This document shows positions 48,974 to 58,242 of a stretch of DNA of 64,000 nucleotides, in pieces. Numbering within the stretch: the stretch's first letter is position 1; every line of letters starts with the position of its first letter. The DNA is from Candidatus Obscuribacteraceae bacterium. GTDB taxonomy: Bacteria; Cyanobacteriota; Vampirovibrionia; Obscuribacterales; Obscuribacteraceae. Location of the stretch: the NCBI GenBank assembly GCA_044229845.1, contig JBGASG010000009.1, positions 135,269 to 199,268 of the forward strand. Direction: 5' to 3'. Under the pieces are notes generated by a model. That model was not told where the DNA came from and did no database searches. It worked only from the letters and a program-made list of their open reading frames with translations. Made by a program: the position numbers and the translations under genes.

Positions 48974-51499
48974 ATGACGACGCAGATGTTCCAGAGAAAA
49001 TGCCTCCAATGCGAGCGCACTTATCCTGCTGAGACGCTTGTGTGTGAAGACGACGGAACCCAGCTGGCTGCCATCCTCACCCAGTCGCTCGTCGGTGATA
49101 CTCTCGGCGGTGGCAAGTATGAACTGCTGGAAGAGCTTGGTCGTGGTGGTATGGGCGTCGTGTTTCGCGCCCGGCATAAACTGATGGATCGCACAGTAGC
49201 GATCAAAATGCTGATCGATGATCTGGGACGGGACGAAACCGCCTTGCAGCGTTTTCACGTGGAAGCCAAGGCAGCGGCGGCTCTCAATCACAGCAACATC
49301 ATTCGTATTTATGACTTCGATGTTTCGCAGCATGGTTTTCCATTCATCGTTATGGACTACCTGCAGGGTGAGCCGCTGGATGTTTTTCTGGAGCGCGAAA
49401 AACACATGGATTGGAAGCGCGCTCAACCACTCTTCATCAAAGTCTGCGAAGCACTCGGCCATGCGCATCGCCGCCAAGTCGTGCACCGCGATATAAAACC
49501 AAGCAACATCATGATTTGTGTGGACGATGATGAGGAAGAAAAACCTGTCGTTCTGGATTTCGGAATTGCCAAACTGTTTACCGCGCAAACCGGTAAGGCA
49601 GCCAATCGGTTGACGAAGACAGGCGAGATTTTTGGATCGCCTCTCTATATGAGCCCGGAGCAGTGCCTGGGGCAGTCGATTGATCCGCGTTCCGACATCT
49701 ATTCTCTGGGCTGTCTTATTCACGAAACGCTAACCGGGCAGGCGCCTTTCGAAAGAAGCGGTTTCTTGCAGGTCATTCTGGCGCATGTGAATGCTCCCGC
49801 GCCCACGCTGGAGGAGTCGGCTCCTGATATGGTGTTTCCGCCCCGTCTCACAGAGATTATCGGGCGCGCGATTGCCAAAGACTGCACGCAACGCTACGAA
49901 ACCATGCAGGAATTCAAAAAAGCGCTGGCTGAAGTCGACCTGGACAAAAGTCCGGCGCCGCCTGCCCGTGATACCGGTGCTGGTGACTCAGGCGCTCGCA
50001 AAGGCTTAGGATTTGTATCAGGATTTGCATCAGGATTTGCTTCGGGAATGGCTTCCGGAGCCGCTTCTAAAGCGGTCTCCAGCGCCGGTTCCAGTGCTTC
50101 ATCCGCTCCGGAGGCTATAACTGCCAAGTCCGATGCCGGTGGTGCGGCGCAAGATGGTTCCGAGGTTTTCGAGGTTTCCGAGGTGGAAGGCAGTCCACCG
50201 GACGCCAGTGAGGAGTTTCTACGCGTGTTAGCCGCTGCGAAGAACGGAGACGCGGAAGCTCAATACGACCTGGCCTGGTTCTATCGAAAGGGGGACGAGG
50301 GCGCGCCTCTGGATGCGAAGATTTCCTTCTACTGGTTTTTGAAGTCGGCTGAGCAGGGCAAGCCGCAATCAATGAACTGTGTTGCCGACATGTACCAGGA
50401 CGGCGAAGGTGTTGAGGAAAGCATGGCGGAGGCTTTCAGTTGGCGCCAGAAGTCTGCCGAGCTTGGAGACGCTCTCGGGCAGTGGAATCTGGGTTGGCAC
50501 TACAATCACGCCCATGGCTGTGACGAAGATCCGGATCTGACTGCCTACTGGTATCGCAAAGCCGCCGACCAGGGTACTCCAGGAGCCCAAGCCGATCTCG
50601 GCTGGTGTTACATGAACGGTTATGGGGTGGAGGAGAGTGACGCCGAAGCCTTCGAGTGGTTACTGAAAGCTGCCGAGCAGGGCAATGGCTACTCGCAAGT
50701 TAGAGTCGGGCGAGCGCTCAAATGGGGTTGGGGTGTCGAGAAAGACGAGAAGGGTGCCTTCGAGTGGTTCGAGCAGGCTGCTTCGAACGGGAGGCTCGAC
50801 GGTCAGCATGAACTTGCCATCATGTACTTCCGCGGACTTGGTTGCCGTCTGGACGCCAGCGAAGGCTACAGGCAACTGCGCATCGCCGCCCAGAAAGGGC
50901 ATCCGGAATCGCAGAACTATCTCGGACTTTGTTATGAATTCGGCTGGCACAAAATTCCAATCAATTGGAACGAAGCGGCTGTCTGGTACAAGAAAGCTGC
51001 CGATCAAAATTACGCCGACGCCGAGTACAACCTTGGTTCCATCTATGAAGAAGGCAAAGGTGTAGACCTCGATGAAGACCTGGCGTTGAGCTGGTATCGA
51101 CGCGGTGCCGAGAACGGTTCCGGGTCGGGGATGGTGGCTTTGGCCCGTTTCCTCGGCAAGGGTATTGCATGCGAAAAGGACGAGGCAGAGGCTATCTTCT
51201 GGCTCAAGAAGGCGGCAGCGGCCGGTGACGCCACCGGCATGTACCGGCTGGCCATGCGTATCGACGATGGTCGTTGCAAGGATGCTGAGGGTTTCGATGT
51301 GATGGAACTATTCCGCAAGTCAGCGGACAAAGAGAACTCGGATGCACAATTTGAGTACGGTTCTCGGCTCTACAATGCCGGCGAGCGCGAAGAAGGTTTG
51401 AAGTATCTCAAGTTGTCGGCTGAGCAAGAGAATACAGATGCTCTTGACTTTCTCGCCAAGCATGGAGAGGCTGGCGAGACGTCCGGCACTCAATCCTGA
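48974..51499 (+). CDS. Ser/Thr kinase with SEL1 repeats, paralogue 2
   Basis: Same architecture with a near-identical kinase N-lobe, 10 nt downstream of paralogue 1. Confidence 0.9.
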   Translation: MTTQMFQRKCLQCERTYPAETLVCEDDGTQLAAILTQSLVGDTLGGGKYELLEELGRGGMGVVFRARHKLMDRTVAIKMLIDDLGRDETALQRFHVEAKAAAALNHSNIIRIYDFDVSQHGFPFIVMDYLQGEPLDVFLEREKHMDWKRAQPLFIKVCEALGHAHRRQVVHRDIKPSNIMICVDDDEEEKPVVLDFGIAKLFTAQTGKAANRLTKTGEIFGSPLYMSPEQCLGQSIDPRSDIYSLGCLIHETLTGQAPFERSGFLQVILAHVNAPAPTLEESAPDMVFPPRLTEIIGRAIAKDCTQRYETMQEFKKALAEVDLDKSPAPPARDTGAGDSGARKGLGFVSGFASGFASGMASGAASKAVSSAGSSASSAPEAITAKSDAGGAAQDGSEVFEVSEVEGSPPDASEEFLRVLAAAKNGDAEAQYDLAWFYRKGDEGAPLDAKISFYWFLKSAEQGKPQSMNCVADMYQDGEGVEESMAEAFSWRQKSAELGDALGQWNLGWHYNHAHGCDEDPDLTAYWYRKAADQGTPGAQADLGWCYMNGYGVEESDAEAFEWLLKAAEQGNGYSQVRVGRALKWGWGVEKDEKGAFEWFEQAASNGRLDGQHELAIMYFRGLGCRLDASEGYRQLRIAAQKGHPESQNYLGLCYEFGWHKIPINWNEAAVWYKKAADQNYADAEYNLGSIYEEGKGVDLDEDLALSWYRRGAENGSGSGMVALARFLGKGIACEKDEAEAIFWLKKAAAAGDATGMYRLAMRIDDGRCKDAEGFDVMELFRKSADKENSDAQFEYGSRLYNAGEREEGLKYLKLSAEQENTDALDFLAKHGEAGETSGTQS

Positions 51500-51509
51500 C
51501 CTCAACCAA

Positions 51510-51537
51510 CGCGCGAAAAACTTCCGTTTATCACGTG
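51510..51537. repeat. 28-bp dispersed palindrome, copy 5
   Basis: CGCGCGAAAAAC-TTCC-GTTTATCACGTG. Overlaps the ferredoxin stop codon. Confidence 0.75.
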
Positions 51538-51854
51538 GTGATTTTGCCGCTTCCGTCGTACAGAAGCCGCTCCACGTGCTGGTCGTTGAGCAGGTGTGAC
51601 TCGACTATTTCCTGGCAGTCTTCGGGTTTGACGTGGGCGTACCAGATGCCTTCGGGGTAGACGACTATCACTGGTCCATTGCCGCACTGGTCCAGGCAAC
51701 CTGTTTTGTTTATACGGATCTGACCCTTCAGTCCGCGGTCGACAATCTGTTTCCGCAAGACAGAGCACACTTCTTCGGAGCCCTCGTCCGGGCAGGTCTT
51801 GCCGCTGGTGCACACGAAAACGTGCTTTCTATAACCGGGCCATGGTGTTGTCAT
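51531..51854 (-). CDS. Thioredoxin-like [2Fe-2S] ferredoxin
   Basis: HVFVCT...C, GCLDQC..GP..VVYPEG.WY..V. AGGAG RBS before ATG 51854. Confidence 0.9.
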   Translation of the reverse strand: MTTPWPGYRKHVFVCTSGKTCPDEGSEEVCSVLRKQIVDRGLKGQIRINKTGCLDQCGNGPVIVVYPEGIWYAHVKPEDCQEIVESHLLNDQHVERLLYDGSGKITT

Positions 51855-51979
51855 TAGGTCTCCTGGCAGCCACTCTGGTGAACTTCTGTATAACACAGGC
51901 GTTACGTTTAAAGCGTTAGCGTTGACGGTTGGGCGCTTTCCTTGCAACAATTCCCCTTCAGACCTGCCTCACGGCAGGC

Positions 51980-52043
51980 GACCGTAGACAGTCTGGTGCT
52001 GAGCCTCGAGCTCGCTAATGGTTCCGAACCGCCGGCTTAGGTC
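51980..52043 (+). ncRNA. Ribosomal protein L10 leader (autoregulatory RNA)
   Basis: GACCGTAGACAG...CTAAT...GGCTTAGGTC, with pairing GACC/GGTC and AGTC(T)GGTG/CGCCGGCT, upstream of rplJ. Confidence 0.65.
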
Positions 52044-52047
52044 ACAA

Positions 52048-52075
52048 AGCGCGAAAAACTCTCCTTGTTCGCGGG
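52048..52075. repeat. 28-bp dispersed palindrome, copy 6
   Basis: AGCGCGAAAAAC-TCTC-CTTGTTCGCGGG, within the rplJ leader. Confidence 0.7.
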
Positions 52076-52118
52076 TGCTTGTCGCCTGCATTCCGGGACT
52101 ATCAATCGTTTTTGTGAT

Positions 52119-52152
52119 CCCTGCGGAATTGTTTTCCCAGGGCTTTTTATTT
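52119..52152 (+). terminator. Attenuator-like terminator in the rplJ leader
   Basis: CCCTG(C)GGAA/TTCCCAGGG stem followed by CTTTTTATTT. Confidence 0.5.
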
Positions 52153-52225
52153 GAGCCTGAAGGTAAGCAAAACGATCGAAAACTCAACTTGTCAGGCGAA
52201 TGCCTGGCATGGACCCGGAGGCACA

Positions 52226-52924
52226 ATGGCCACTAAAGAGAAAAAACAGGAAATTGTGGCTGAGTTGGAAGCTCTTCTTAAGAAGACCAACGTCGCCATC
52301 GTTGCCGATTTAAGTGGCTTTACTGTTGCGGAAATTACCGGTTTTCGGCGCAAGCTGGATAAGGACAAAGCCCGCTGCAGAATCGCCAAGAACACACTGA
52401 TCTCGCTCGCAGCAGAAAAGGGAGAGTTCAAGCAGTTGGCAGAGATTGCCAAAGGCCCGACCGCCCTGATTCTCGGCGAAGAAGATCCTGCCGCCGCGGC
52501 CAAAACTACAGTCACATTCTTCAAAGCCGTCAAAAAAGGCACCGTTCGCGGTGCCGTGTTCGAAGGCAAGTTGATGTCCGGCGACGAAGTGAAAGCATTA
52601 GCCGATCTTCCGTCGCGCGAGGTATTGCTGTCTCAGATCATGGCCGGACTTGATTCTGGTGCTCGCGAAATTGCTGGTTGCCTGGCAGCCGTGATTCGCG
52701 ACATCGCCATACTGGCTGAAGAGGTCGCTAAGAAACGAAACGAAGGGCAACCCGCAAGTGCTGCCCCCGCGGCTCCTGCTGCTGAAGCGCCAGCCACAAC
52801 CGAGGCTGCCGCACCCGCTGAAGAGCCCAAAGCTGAAGCTGCGCCTGAAGCAACCGCTGAAGCGCCTGCTGCCAGTGAGGCTGCGCCTGCAGCGCCCGAG
52901 TCGGTTTCCGAAGAAAATTCATAA
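52226..52924 (+). CDS. rplJ: 50S ribosomal protein L10 with Ala/Pro/Glu-rich C-terminal extension
   Basis: [16 protein letters not shown]...RR, KNTL, GPTAL and [18 protein letters not shown] before ATG 52226. Confidence 0.95.
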   Translation: MATKEKKQEIVAELEALLKKTNVAIVADLSGFTVAEITGFRRKLDKDKARCRIAKNTLISLAAEKGEFKQLAEIAKGPTALILGEEDPAAAAKTTVTFFKAVKKGTVRGAVFEGKLMSGDEVKALADLPSREVLLSQIMAGLDSGAREIAGCLAAVIRDIAILAEEVAKKRNEGQPASAAPAAPAAEAPATTEAAAPAEEPKAEAAPEATAEAPAASEAAPAAPESVSEENS

Positions 52925-52935
52925 GGAGAATTCAA

Positions 52936-53328
52936 ATGGCTACTGCTACAAAACTTTCAGTCGATGACCTGCTCGAGCAGATCGGTTCGTTGACTTTGCT
53001 TGAAGCCGCTGAGCTCAAGACCAAAATGGAAGAAAAATTCGGCGTCACCGCTGCTGCTCCGATGGGCATGCCCATGATGATGCCTGGTGCTGGCGGCGGC
53101 GCTGCCGTTGAAGAGAAGACTGAATTCGACGTCATTCTCACGTCCGTCGGCGACAAGAAGATCGAAGTGCTCAAAGTCGTTCGCGAACTTACCGGTCTTG
53201 GACTGAAAGAAGCGAAAGACCTGGTCGACTCCGCACCGAAACCGGTGAAGGAAAAGATCAAGAAGGAAGAAGCCGAGCAAATGAAGACCAAGCTCGAAGC
53301 TACCGGCGCCAAAGTCGACATCAAGTAA
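52936..53328 (+). CDS. rplL: 50S ribosomal protein L7/L12
   Basis: [28 protein letters not shown] and [11 protein letters not shown]. Confidence 0.97.
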   Translation: MATATKLSVDDLLEQIGSLTLLEAAELKTKMEEKFGVTAAAPMGMPMMMPGAGGGAAVEEKTEFDVILTSVGDKKIEVLKVVRELTGLGLKEAKDLVDSAPKPVKEKIKKEEAEQMKTKLEATGAKVDIK

Positions 53329-53353
53329 TCTTCCGGATTGCGAAAATTGTGCG

Positions 53354-53378
53354 GGGCGGACCTTCGGGTCCGCCCTTT
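53354..53378 (+). terminator. Terminator hairpin after rplL
   Basis: GGGCGGACC-TTCG-GGTCCGCCC-TTT (cUUCGg loop). Confidence 0.75.
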
Positions 53379-53421
53379 GCATATGGACTGGCGGCTGGCT
53401 GGACCTCAGGAGCGCTCGAAC

Positions 53422-53449
53422 AGCGCGAAGATTTGTGGTTTTTCGCGCG
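53422..53449. repeat. 28-bp dispersed palindrome, copy 7
   Basis: AGCGCGAAGATT-TGTG-GTTTTTCGCGCG. Confidence 0.75.
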
Positions 53450-53452
53450 TTT

Positions 53453-54409
53453 CTATTTCCTGGAGCGGGCGGGACGCACTTTGTGTTTCTTCAGCCAGGC
53501 ATGCGCCCCGCCGGAGAGCAGGTCGCTGTGCATGATCCAGGGCTCGTTGAAGAAATCTACGGCGATGTGCCCATCCAGGATATGTGTGACTAAGAGGTCG
53601 AGACCCGCTTCCTCTGTGTCCACGCCTTCCATGACGATAACTCTTTTGCCCTCTTCTTTTTCGTTCAAGTAATCGCAGAAAAACTGGAACGCACTCAGGT
53701 GCCGTCTCGGCATATGTCCGGTGGTGAGAATTACGTGCAGTTTCTCCCACTCGTCCGGCGCCAGTTCGGACCGCCATTTGTCAGTTATCTCCTGCATTTT
53801 CGCCAGTTGCAGGGCGATTGCGTTATCGATGTTCTGCAGCGATTCGGGCGCTGCGGCGCGCGCAAATGACTGTAGTTGGTCGTGAGTCACCTTGCCGTTT
53901 TCAACGGTCTCGGACAGGAAATCCAGAGACAGCTGCACCAGAAATTGTTGTCGCGCCAGTTCTTTCTTGTCACCGGATACGGTGCCGCTTAGCGTGGTTC
54001 TTGCCTTCCTGATAGAATCGGCGAATGTGGACAGATCTTTCGTTTCTTCCGCAGTCAAAGTGCGGTTCGTTTTGTTGACCAGTGTGACGTAGCAAGCCAG
54101 GGGAATGTGGTCGACATCCTTAAAGTACGTGTAGCCCTCCGGGATAAAGCGCTCTGATTTCTTCGCACCCTTGTTTATGAGCGTCATCTGATCCCCGGAA
54201 ACGAAAATCACCGGTCCGAGATTCTCGCGTATTTCGCGCTTCGCGTTGGTGTATCGTGCGCGGAAGCTGGCGTTGAGCTGATTCAGAGATTCCATTGAGG
54301 GAGAAATTGACTCTTCCGCTACCGCCGGTGGTGGAAGCAGAATCGACAACGTTCCAGACAGTGCGGAAGACACGACGGAAACCAGGATAAAGGGCAAGAT
54401 TTGTCGCAT
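53453..54409 (-). CDS. Secreted hypothetical protein
   Basis: 318-aa ORF with a hydrophobic N-terminus. No family recognised. Confidence 0.7.
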   Translation of the reverse strand: MRQILPFILVSVVSSALSGTLSILLPPPAVAEESISPSMESLNQLNASFRARYTNAKREIRENLGPVIFVSGDQMTLINKGAKKSERFIPEGYTYFKDVDHIPLACYVTLVNKTNRTLTAEETKDLSTFADSIRKARTTLSGTVSGDKKELARQQFLVQLSLDFLSETVENGKVTHDQLQSFARAAAPESLQNIDNAIALQLAKMQEITDKWRSELAPDEWEKLHVILTTGHMPRRHLSAFQFFCDYLNEKEEGKRVIVMEGVDTEEAGLDLLVTHILDGHIAVDFFNEPWIMHSDLLSGGAHAWLKKHKVRPARSRK

Positions 54410-54569
54410 AAAAAACTCGTTGTGAAGTGCGGGCGCATCGAACGGTGTGACCGTATTCTAAACAGGTGTGGGCTTCTTAGGCTTGAATAGAAAAACTTAG
54501 AGACGTCATGACAACGGCCGCCTTCAAAGTTGCTAAACTGGGCTAGGTTTATTTTTTGGGCGAAAGTCA

Positions 54570-56339
54570 ATGCAGTGCCCCAGTTGCGGTCTCTATCATC
54601 CTCCTAAGTACCAGAATTGCGTGTCTTGTGGCGCCAAGCTCATTCAAGGCTCTGCGCCGCTGATTGGCGAAGGACCGCCGACCCAGCAGGGGCTTCCAAA
54701 GATTCCGGAGAGCTACGGGACGGCGCCCCCGCCCCTGGGTGGAGCCGATTTTGACGCCAATCCCGAAGAAGACGACGACGAAGAGGATGACACGCCCCGG
54801 CGGCGTCGCTCTGAACGCAAGAGCACCACAGCCGGCAACGCAGGCAAGCGCGGCGGGAAAAAGGGACTGCCGATTGGCATGGGCATAGCGCTTACAGGCT
54901 TTATTTTGATTGCCTCAGCCGGAGGAACTTATTTCTTCCTCACTAAACCGCCTGAGAATCAGCGTCTATTGCAAGAAGGTCTTAAAGAACTGCAAAACGG
55001 ACAATACGCGTTTGCGGTCAAGACCCTTACTCAGGCACATTCGCGGAAGCCCGATGACAGCAAAATATTGCTGGCTCTGGCGAGAGCGTATGTCGGGGTA
55101 GATCAGGTCGAGAAAGCCTGGCAATGCATCACCGAGGCGCAGCAGTTGGGTGCCGGTCTGGCTGCCGAGCCGGAGCTGGCATCCGGACTGGCCAGTTACT
55201 ACCGGCAGCGCAACCAGTATCAGCGCGCCGTGGAGTTATTGCGACCACTGGCGGCCGCCGATTTGCCGGGCAAGAAAGTTGAACTCAGCGATCTGGCTGC
55301 ATTGTGGGGAGATGAATCGTTCCGCAGCGGCGACTTCAAAACAGCGCTGCGCTGCTGGGAAGAAGTGAAGGAACTGGGAGCCGGAACTCGCTTGGATGAG
55401 GCGGACAGCCGGCTGGCCACAGTTTATGCCAAGATGGCGGCCGAGAGTGCCACCAAGGGTGATATCGATGCCGCCATCGCATACTACACCAAGTTGAACA
55501 CACTCTCCCCGAGTGCCACCAGTCTGGAGCAAACCGCAGTTTTGTACGAGAAGCAAGGCAAGTACGAACTGGCGATCGATCAAATGCGCAAGGCCGTGCA
55601 ACTCTCAGACAACTCCAGCGATCTCAATCGCAAATTGGCAGCCCTCATGGCCAAGCGCGGCAAGGAAATGCTGGATGCCGGCGATTCCGATGGCGGCTAC
55701 GGATATTTGCAGCAGGCGCAGTCGCTCGATCCCCGTATCAAAGCACCGAATGTCACCGTCCGCAATATCAAGGTCGATGTCGACAATAGCACCAGCGTCT
55801 TGCGGATTTCTGGAGAAGTCTGGAACCCGGGACCGGAGCCGCTCAACTATCTGAGCATCCGTGGCGAGCTTTGCGAGGCGAAGGGAACCAAGGTGCTCTG
55901 GTCGAAAGAACAACGCGTCATCGATGAATTTGTGCAACCGCTGAGCGCGCGCGAATCCAAGCCTTTCGAATTTGTTGCCGGTGTGCCGGTGAAGGAAGAC
56001 GGCAGCAGTGAGTTTCGTGTCTATCTCGACGGGGCGCTCTACAAGACTTATGCCGTCGGCAAGGGAAGCGGCGAAAAAGGCGGCACTGCAACAGCGCACA
56101 ACGATGACTGGACTCCGGGGACCAGCGGGTCTAGTGGCGCCAGTGGTGGCATCTTCTCGAAGCCGCGCACCAAAGTAATCGAGGCGCCGGTGAATCCGGC
56201 TCCAGCACCGCAGGCGGCTTCCGGCACGACATCCACGGCTCCTGCGCCGGCACCGGCTCCTATGCCGGGCTTCACTTCAGAAACGCCACCGTCGGGCGCC
56301 AGCCCGGAACAGAAAACTCTGGACGATCTGGACCGTTAA
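54570..56339 (+). CDS. Zinc-ribbon / TM / TPR protein with C-terminal beta-sandwich domain
   Basis: CPSC..CVSC, acidic/basic linker, one TM, TPRs and an ISGEVWN.G Ig-like segment. Confidence 0.8.
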   Translation: MQCPSCGLYHPPKYQNCVSCGAKLIQGSAPLIGEGPPTQQGLPKIPESYGTAPPPLGGADFDANPEEDDDEEDDTPRRRRSERKSTTAGNAGKRGGKKGLPIGMGIALTGFILIASAGGTYFFLTKPPENQRLLQEGLKELQNGQYAFAVKTLTQAHSRKPDDSKILLALARAYVGVDQVEKAWQCITEAQQLGAGLAAEPELASGLASYYRQRNQYQRAVELLRPLAAADLPGKKVELSDLAALWGDESFRSGDFKTALRCWEEVKELGAGTRLDEADSRLATVYAKMAAESATKGDIDAAIAYYTKLNTLSPSATSLEQTAVLYEKQGKYELAIDQMRKAVQLSDNSSDLNRKLAALMAKRGKEMLDAGDSDGGYGYLQQAQSLDPRIKAPNVTVRNIKVDVDNSTSVLRISGEVWNPGPEPLNYLSIRGELCEAKGTKVLWSKEQRVIDEFVQPLSARESKPFEFVAGVPVKEDGSSEFRVYLDGALYKTYAVGKGSGEKGGTATAHNDDWTPGTSGSSGASGGIFSKPRTKVIEAPVNPAPAPQAASGTTSTAPAPAPAPMPGFTSETPPSGASPEQKTLDDLDR

Positions 56340-56383
56340 GAACTCTCGTGTCCGGGTGTCCAGGAAGCGAAACGAGAAAGCGA

Positions 56384-56417
56384 AACGAGAAGCAGAGGTA
56401 CCTCACTGCTTCTCGTT
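56384..56417. terminator. Hairpin, probable bidirectional terminator between convergent genes
   Basis: AACGAGAAGCAG-10nt-CTGCTTCTCGTT perfect 12-bp stem. A 13-bp tandem duplication (AAGCGAAACGAGA x2) overlaps its 5' arm. Confidence 0.6.
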
Positions 56418-56679
56418 ACACGTAGTATTCAATTCTCGAAAAGGTACCTGACTCAGGCAGGCGGTCCGCGTTCATCGGCATACCAAACTTTTCGACAATG
56501 TTTCTTCGGCATGAAGAATCTCCTGTACAGGGGTACGAAAGAGTTTCGTCCGAACCTGCACACAGGCAGAGCGGACGCGCGAAATCATTCAGCGGCGCAC
56601 TCGCTCGGTTGTTCGGACGTAACAGGATTTCGCAATTCTGTTCTGAGCGACGCATGTGCCCAGTTTGCTCGCAAGTAAG

Positions 56680-56707
56680 CACGCGAAAAGAAATGGTTTT
56701 TCGCGTG
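56680..56707. repeat. 28-bp dispersed palindrome, copy 8
   Basis: CACGCGAAAAGA-AATG-GTTTTTCGCGTG. Confidence 0.8.
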
Positions 56708-56738
56708 TCGTTGATCGGATGTGGCGAACCCTACGCGC

Positions 56739-58208
56739 TTAGTAGCGGTACTCAATTTCGTAGGTGATTTTGACCTCGCCATTGGCGGGTACCGGCACTG
56801 CAAACTCGAGAGTACTTGAATCCTTTTTTTTGTACTCATGGCTGGACGAGAGAATCTTCCACGTGCCGCTGGCATGCTCAACGGCCGTCACGGTGACTTC
56901 TTTATCTTTGTGATTTCGCAAACTGATCTCGTAGGACTGCCGCATCTCGTGATTATTGATGCGTTGTTGCGTGAGCTGTTTGCGTTCTCCCACGACATCG
57001 AATGCATCGCCTATATAGAGACGAATTTTTTCGTCGCGCGGAGTGTGATCGATCAGATCTTCACCGATAAACTGCAGCGCTCCATCCGCATCGCGCTTGT
57101 AGACGCGCACCTTGCCTTTAGGCAGAGCCATGCCGAGATTGTTTTTTTCGGAATTATCAACTTCGATCTTGACGGCGACCTTTTTACTGCGGTCACCGCC
57201 GCCGGACATCCAGGGGTAGTAGACGCGCGGAGCCGGATCATAGACGAACTGCTTGCGCGCCGGCACTTGATTCGCGTTGAACAGGCTGAGCTGCTTGGTT
57301 TCGTTGTCGTTGACGCTCGTTTTTCCTGCCAGGGTGTAGAGATGGTATTCAGCGAAAGCCTGTTCTTGAAACTGCTGGCGTGGTGCAGCTGATTTGTAAT
57401 ACGCACCGTTAACCGGAACGCCTTCCCGAGGCGTTTGAATCTTGCGTACGTCGCCGGCCATCAGTTTGAGACTGGCATTTTTATAGCTGGCGCCGGACTT
57501 GTTGTCCAGAGTGACCCAGCTTGTCAAATCGAGCTGATTGTCATCTTTGTTCAGCACTGCAACGTAATCGGCATGCCAGTTCATGCCGGAAGTCTGATAC
57601 GCGATTTCTGTCTGATGTTCACCCGCTTTGGTGCTCTCCAATTTCCACATCAGAGATGGCTTGGAGATCAATCCCGGCGGCAACTCGGCCAGTTCGATTT
57701 CACCTGCGGGATTGAGCAGGATACCTTCCGGTGTTTTGACCACCAGACCCTGCCAGCGAACACTCGAACCACCTGAGGGATCGGCGACCGTTGCGCGCGG
57801 CGAATTGAGCAAAGTGCCGGTGAACTCTCGCATGGCACCGCCCGGTCCAATCTGGCGAAATTTGAGCGTTTTTCCGATTGACTTAGCGAGGATGGTAGTG
57901 GGGTCGATCAGGTCGTACTGATAATTTTGCTCGCGGACAACCACTGCATTGGGTGCGGTCAGAGAGACGAAACTGACGGAAGTCGGATCAATCCTGGCTG
58001 CTACGTCAGAAAAACGAACGAAGTTCACACCGTTGTTCAGCCCTACGGTCCGAATGTCTTTGACCAGACCGAAGTTCTGGTTGTAGATCGTGAGGTTTAT
58101 GCCCTTGGAGTCGGATGCGCCCACCTCCTCGCCGCGCGCCCAAGGCGTCAGTAACGTCGCTGCCAGCGCCGCCGTTGCTGCTAATGTAATCAGTCCGTTC
58201 CGTTGCAT
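56739..58208 (-). CDS. DUF4139-domain secreted protein, paralogue 3
   Basis: LTIYNQNFGLV.D.R, IDPTSV, EQNYQYDL, W.ADY, F.EYHLYTL and LG..LPKGKVRVY. Confidence 0.85.
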   Translation of the reverse strand: MQRNGLITLAATAALAATLLTPWARGEEVGASDSKGINLTIYNQNFGLVKDIRTVGLNNGVNFVRFSDVAARIDPTSVSFVSLTAPNAVVVREQNYQYDLIDPTTILAKSIGKTLKFRQIGPGGAMREFTGTLLNSPRATVADPSGGSSVRWQGLVVKTPEGILLNPAGEIELAELPPGLISKPSLMWKLESTKAGEHQTEIAYQTSGMNWHADYVAVLNKDDNQLDLTSWVTLDNKSGASYKNASLKLMAGDVRKIQTPREGVPVNGAYYKSAAPRQQFQEQAFAEYHLYTLAGKTSVNDNETKQLSLFNANQVPARKQFVYDPAPRVYYPWMSGGGDRSKKVAVKIEVDNSEKNNLGMALPKGKVRVYKRDADGALQFIGEDLIDHTPRDEKIRLYIGDAFDVVGERKQLTQQRINNHEMRQSYEISLRNHKDKEVTVTAVEHASGTWKILSSSHEYKKKDSSTLEFAVPVPANGEVKITYEIEYRY

Positions 58209-58242
58209 TTGATAACCCCTAGCAATTGCTGCGTGTCGTTCG

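Noticed and set aside
46405..49723. Two mutually similar minus-strand ORFs (46405-46920 and 48728-49723)
   Set aside because: Their similarity simply mirrors the duplicated kinase genes on the opposite strand.
56416..56682. 88-aa minus-strand ORF in the convergent intergenic region
   Set aside because: No RBS or recognisable motif, and it overlaps a palindrome copy and the hairpin.
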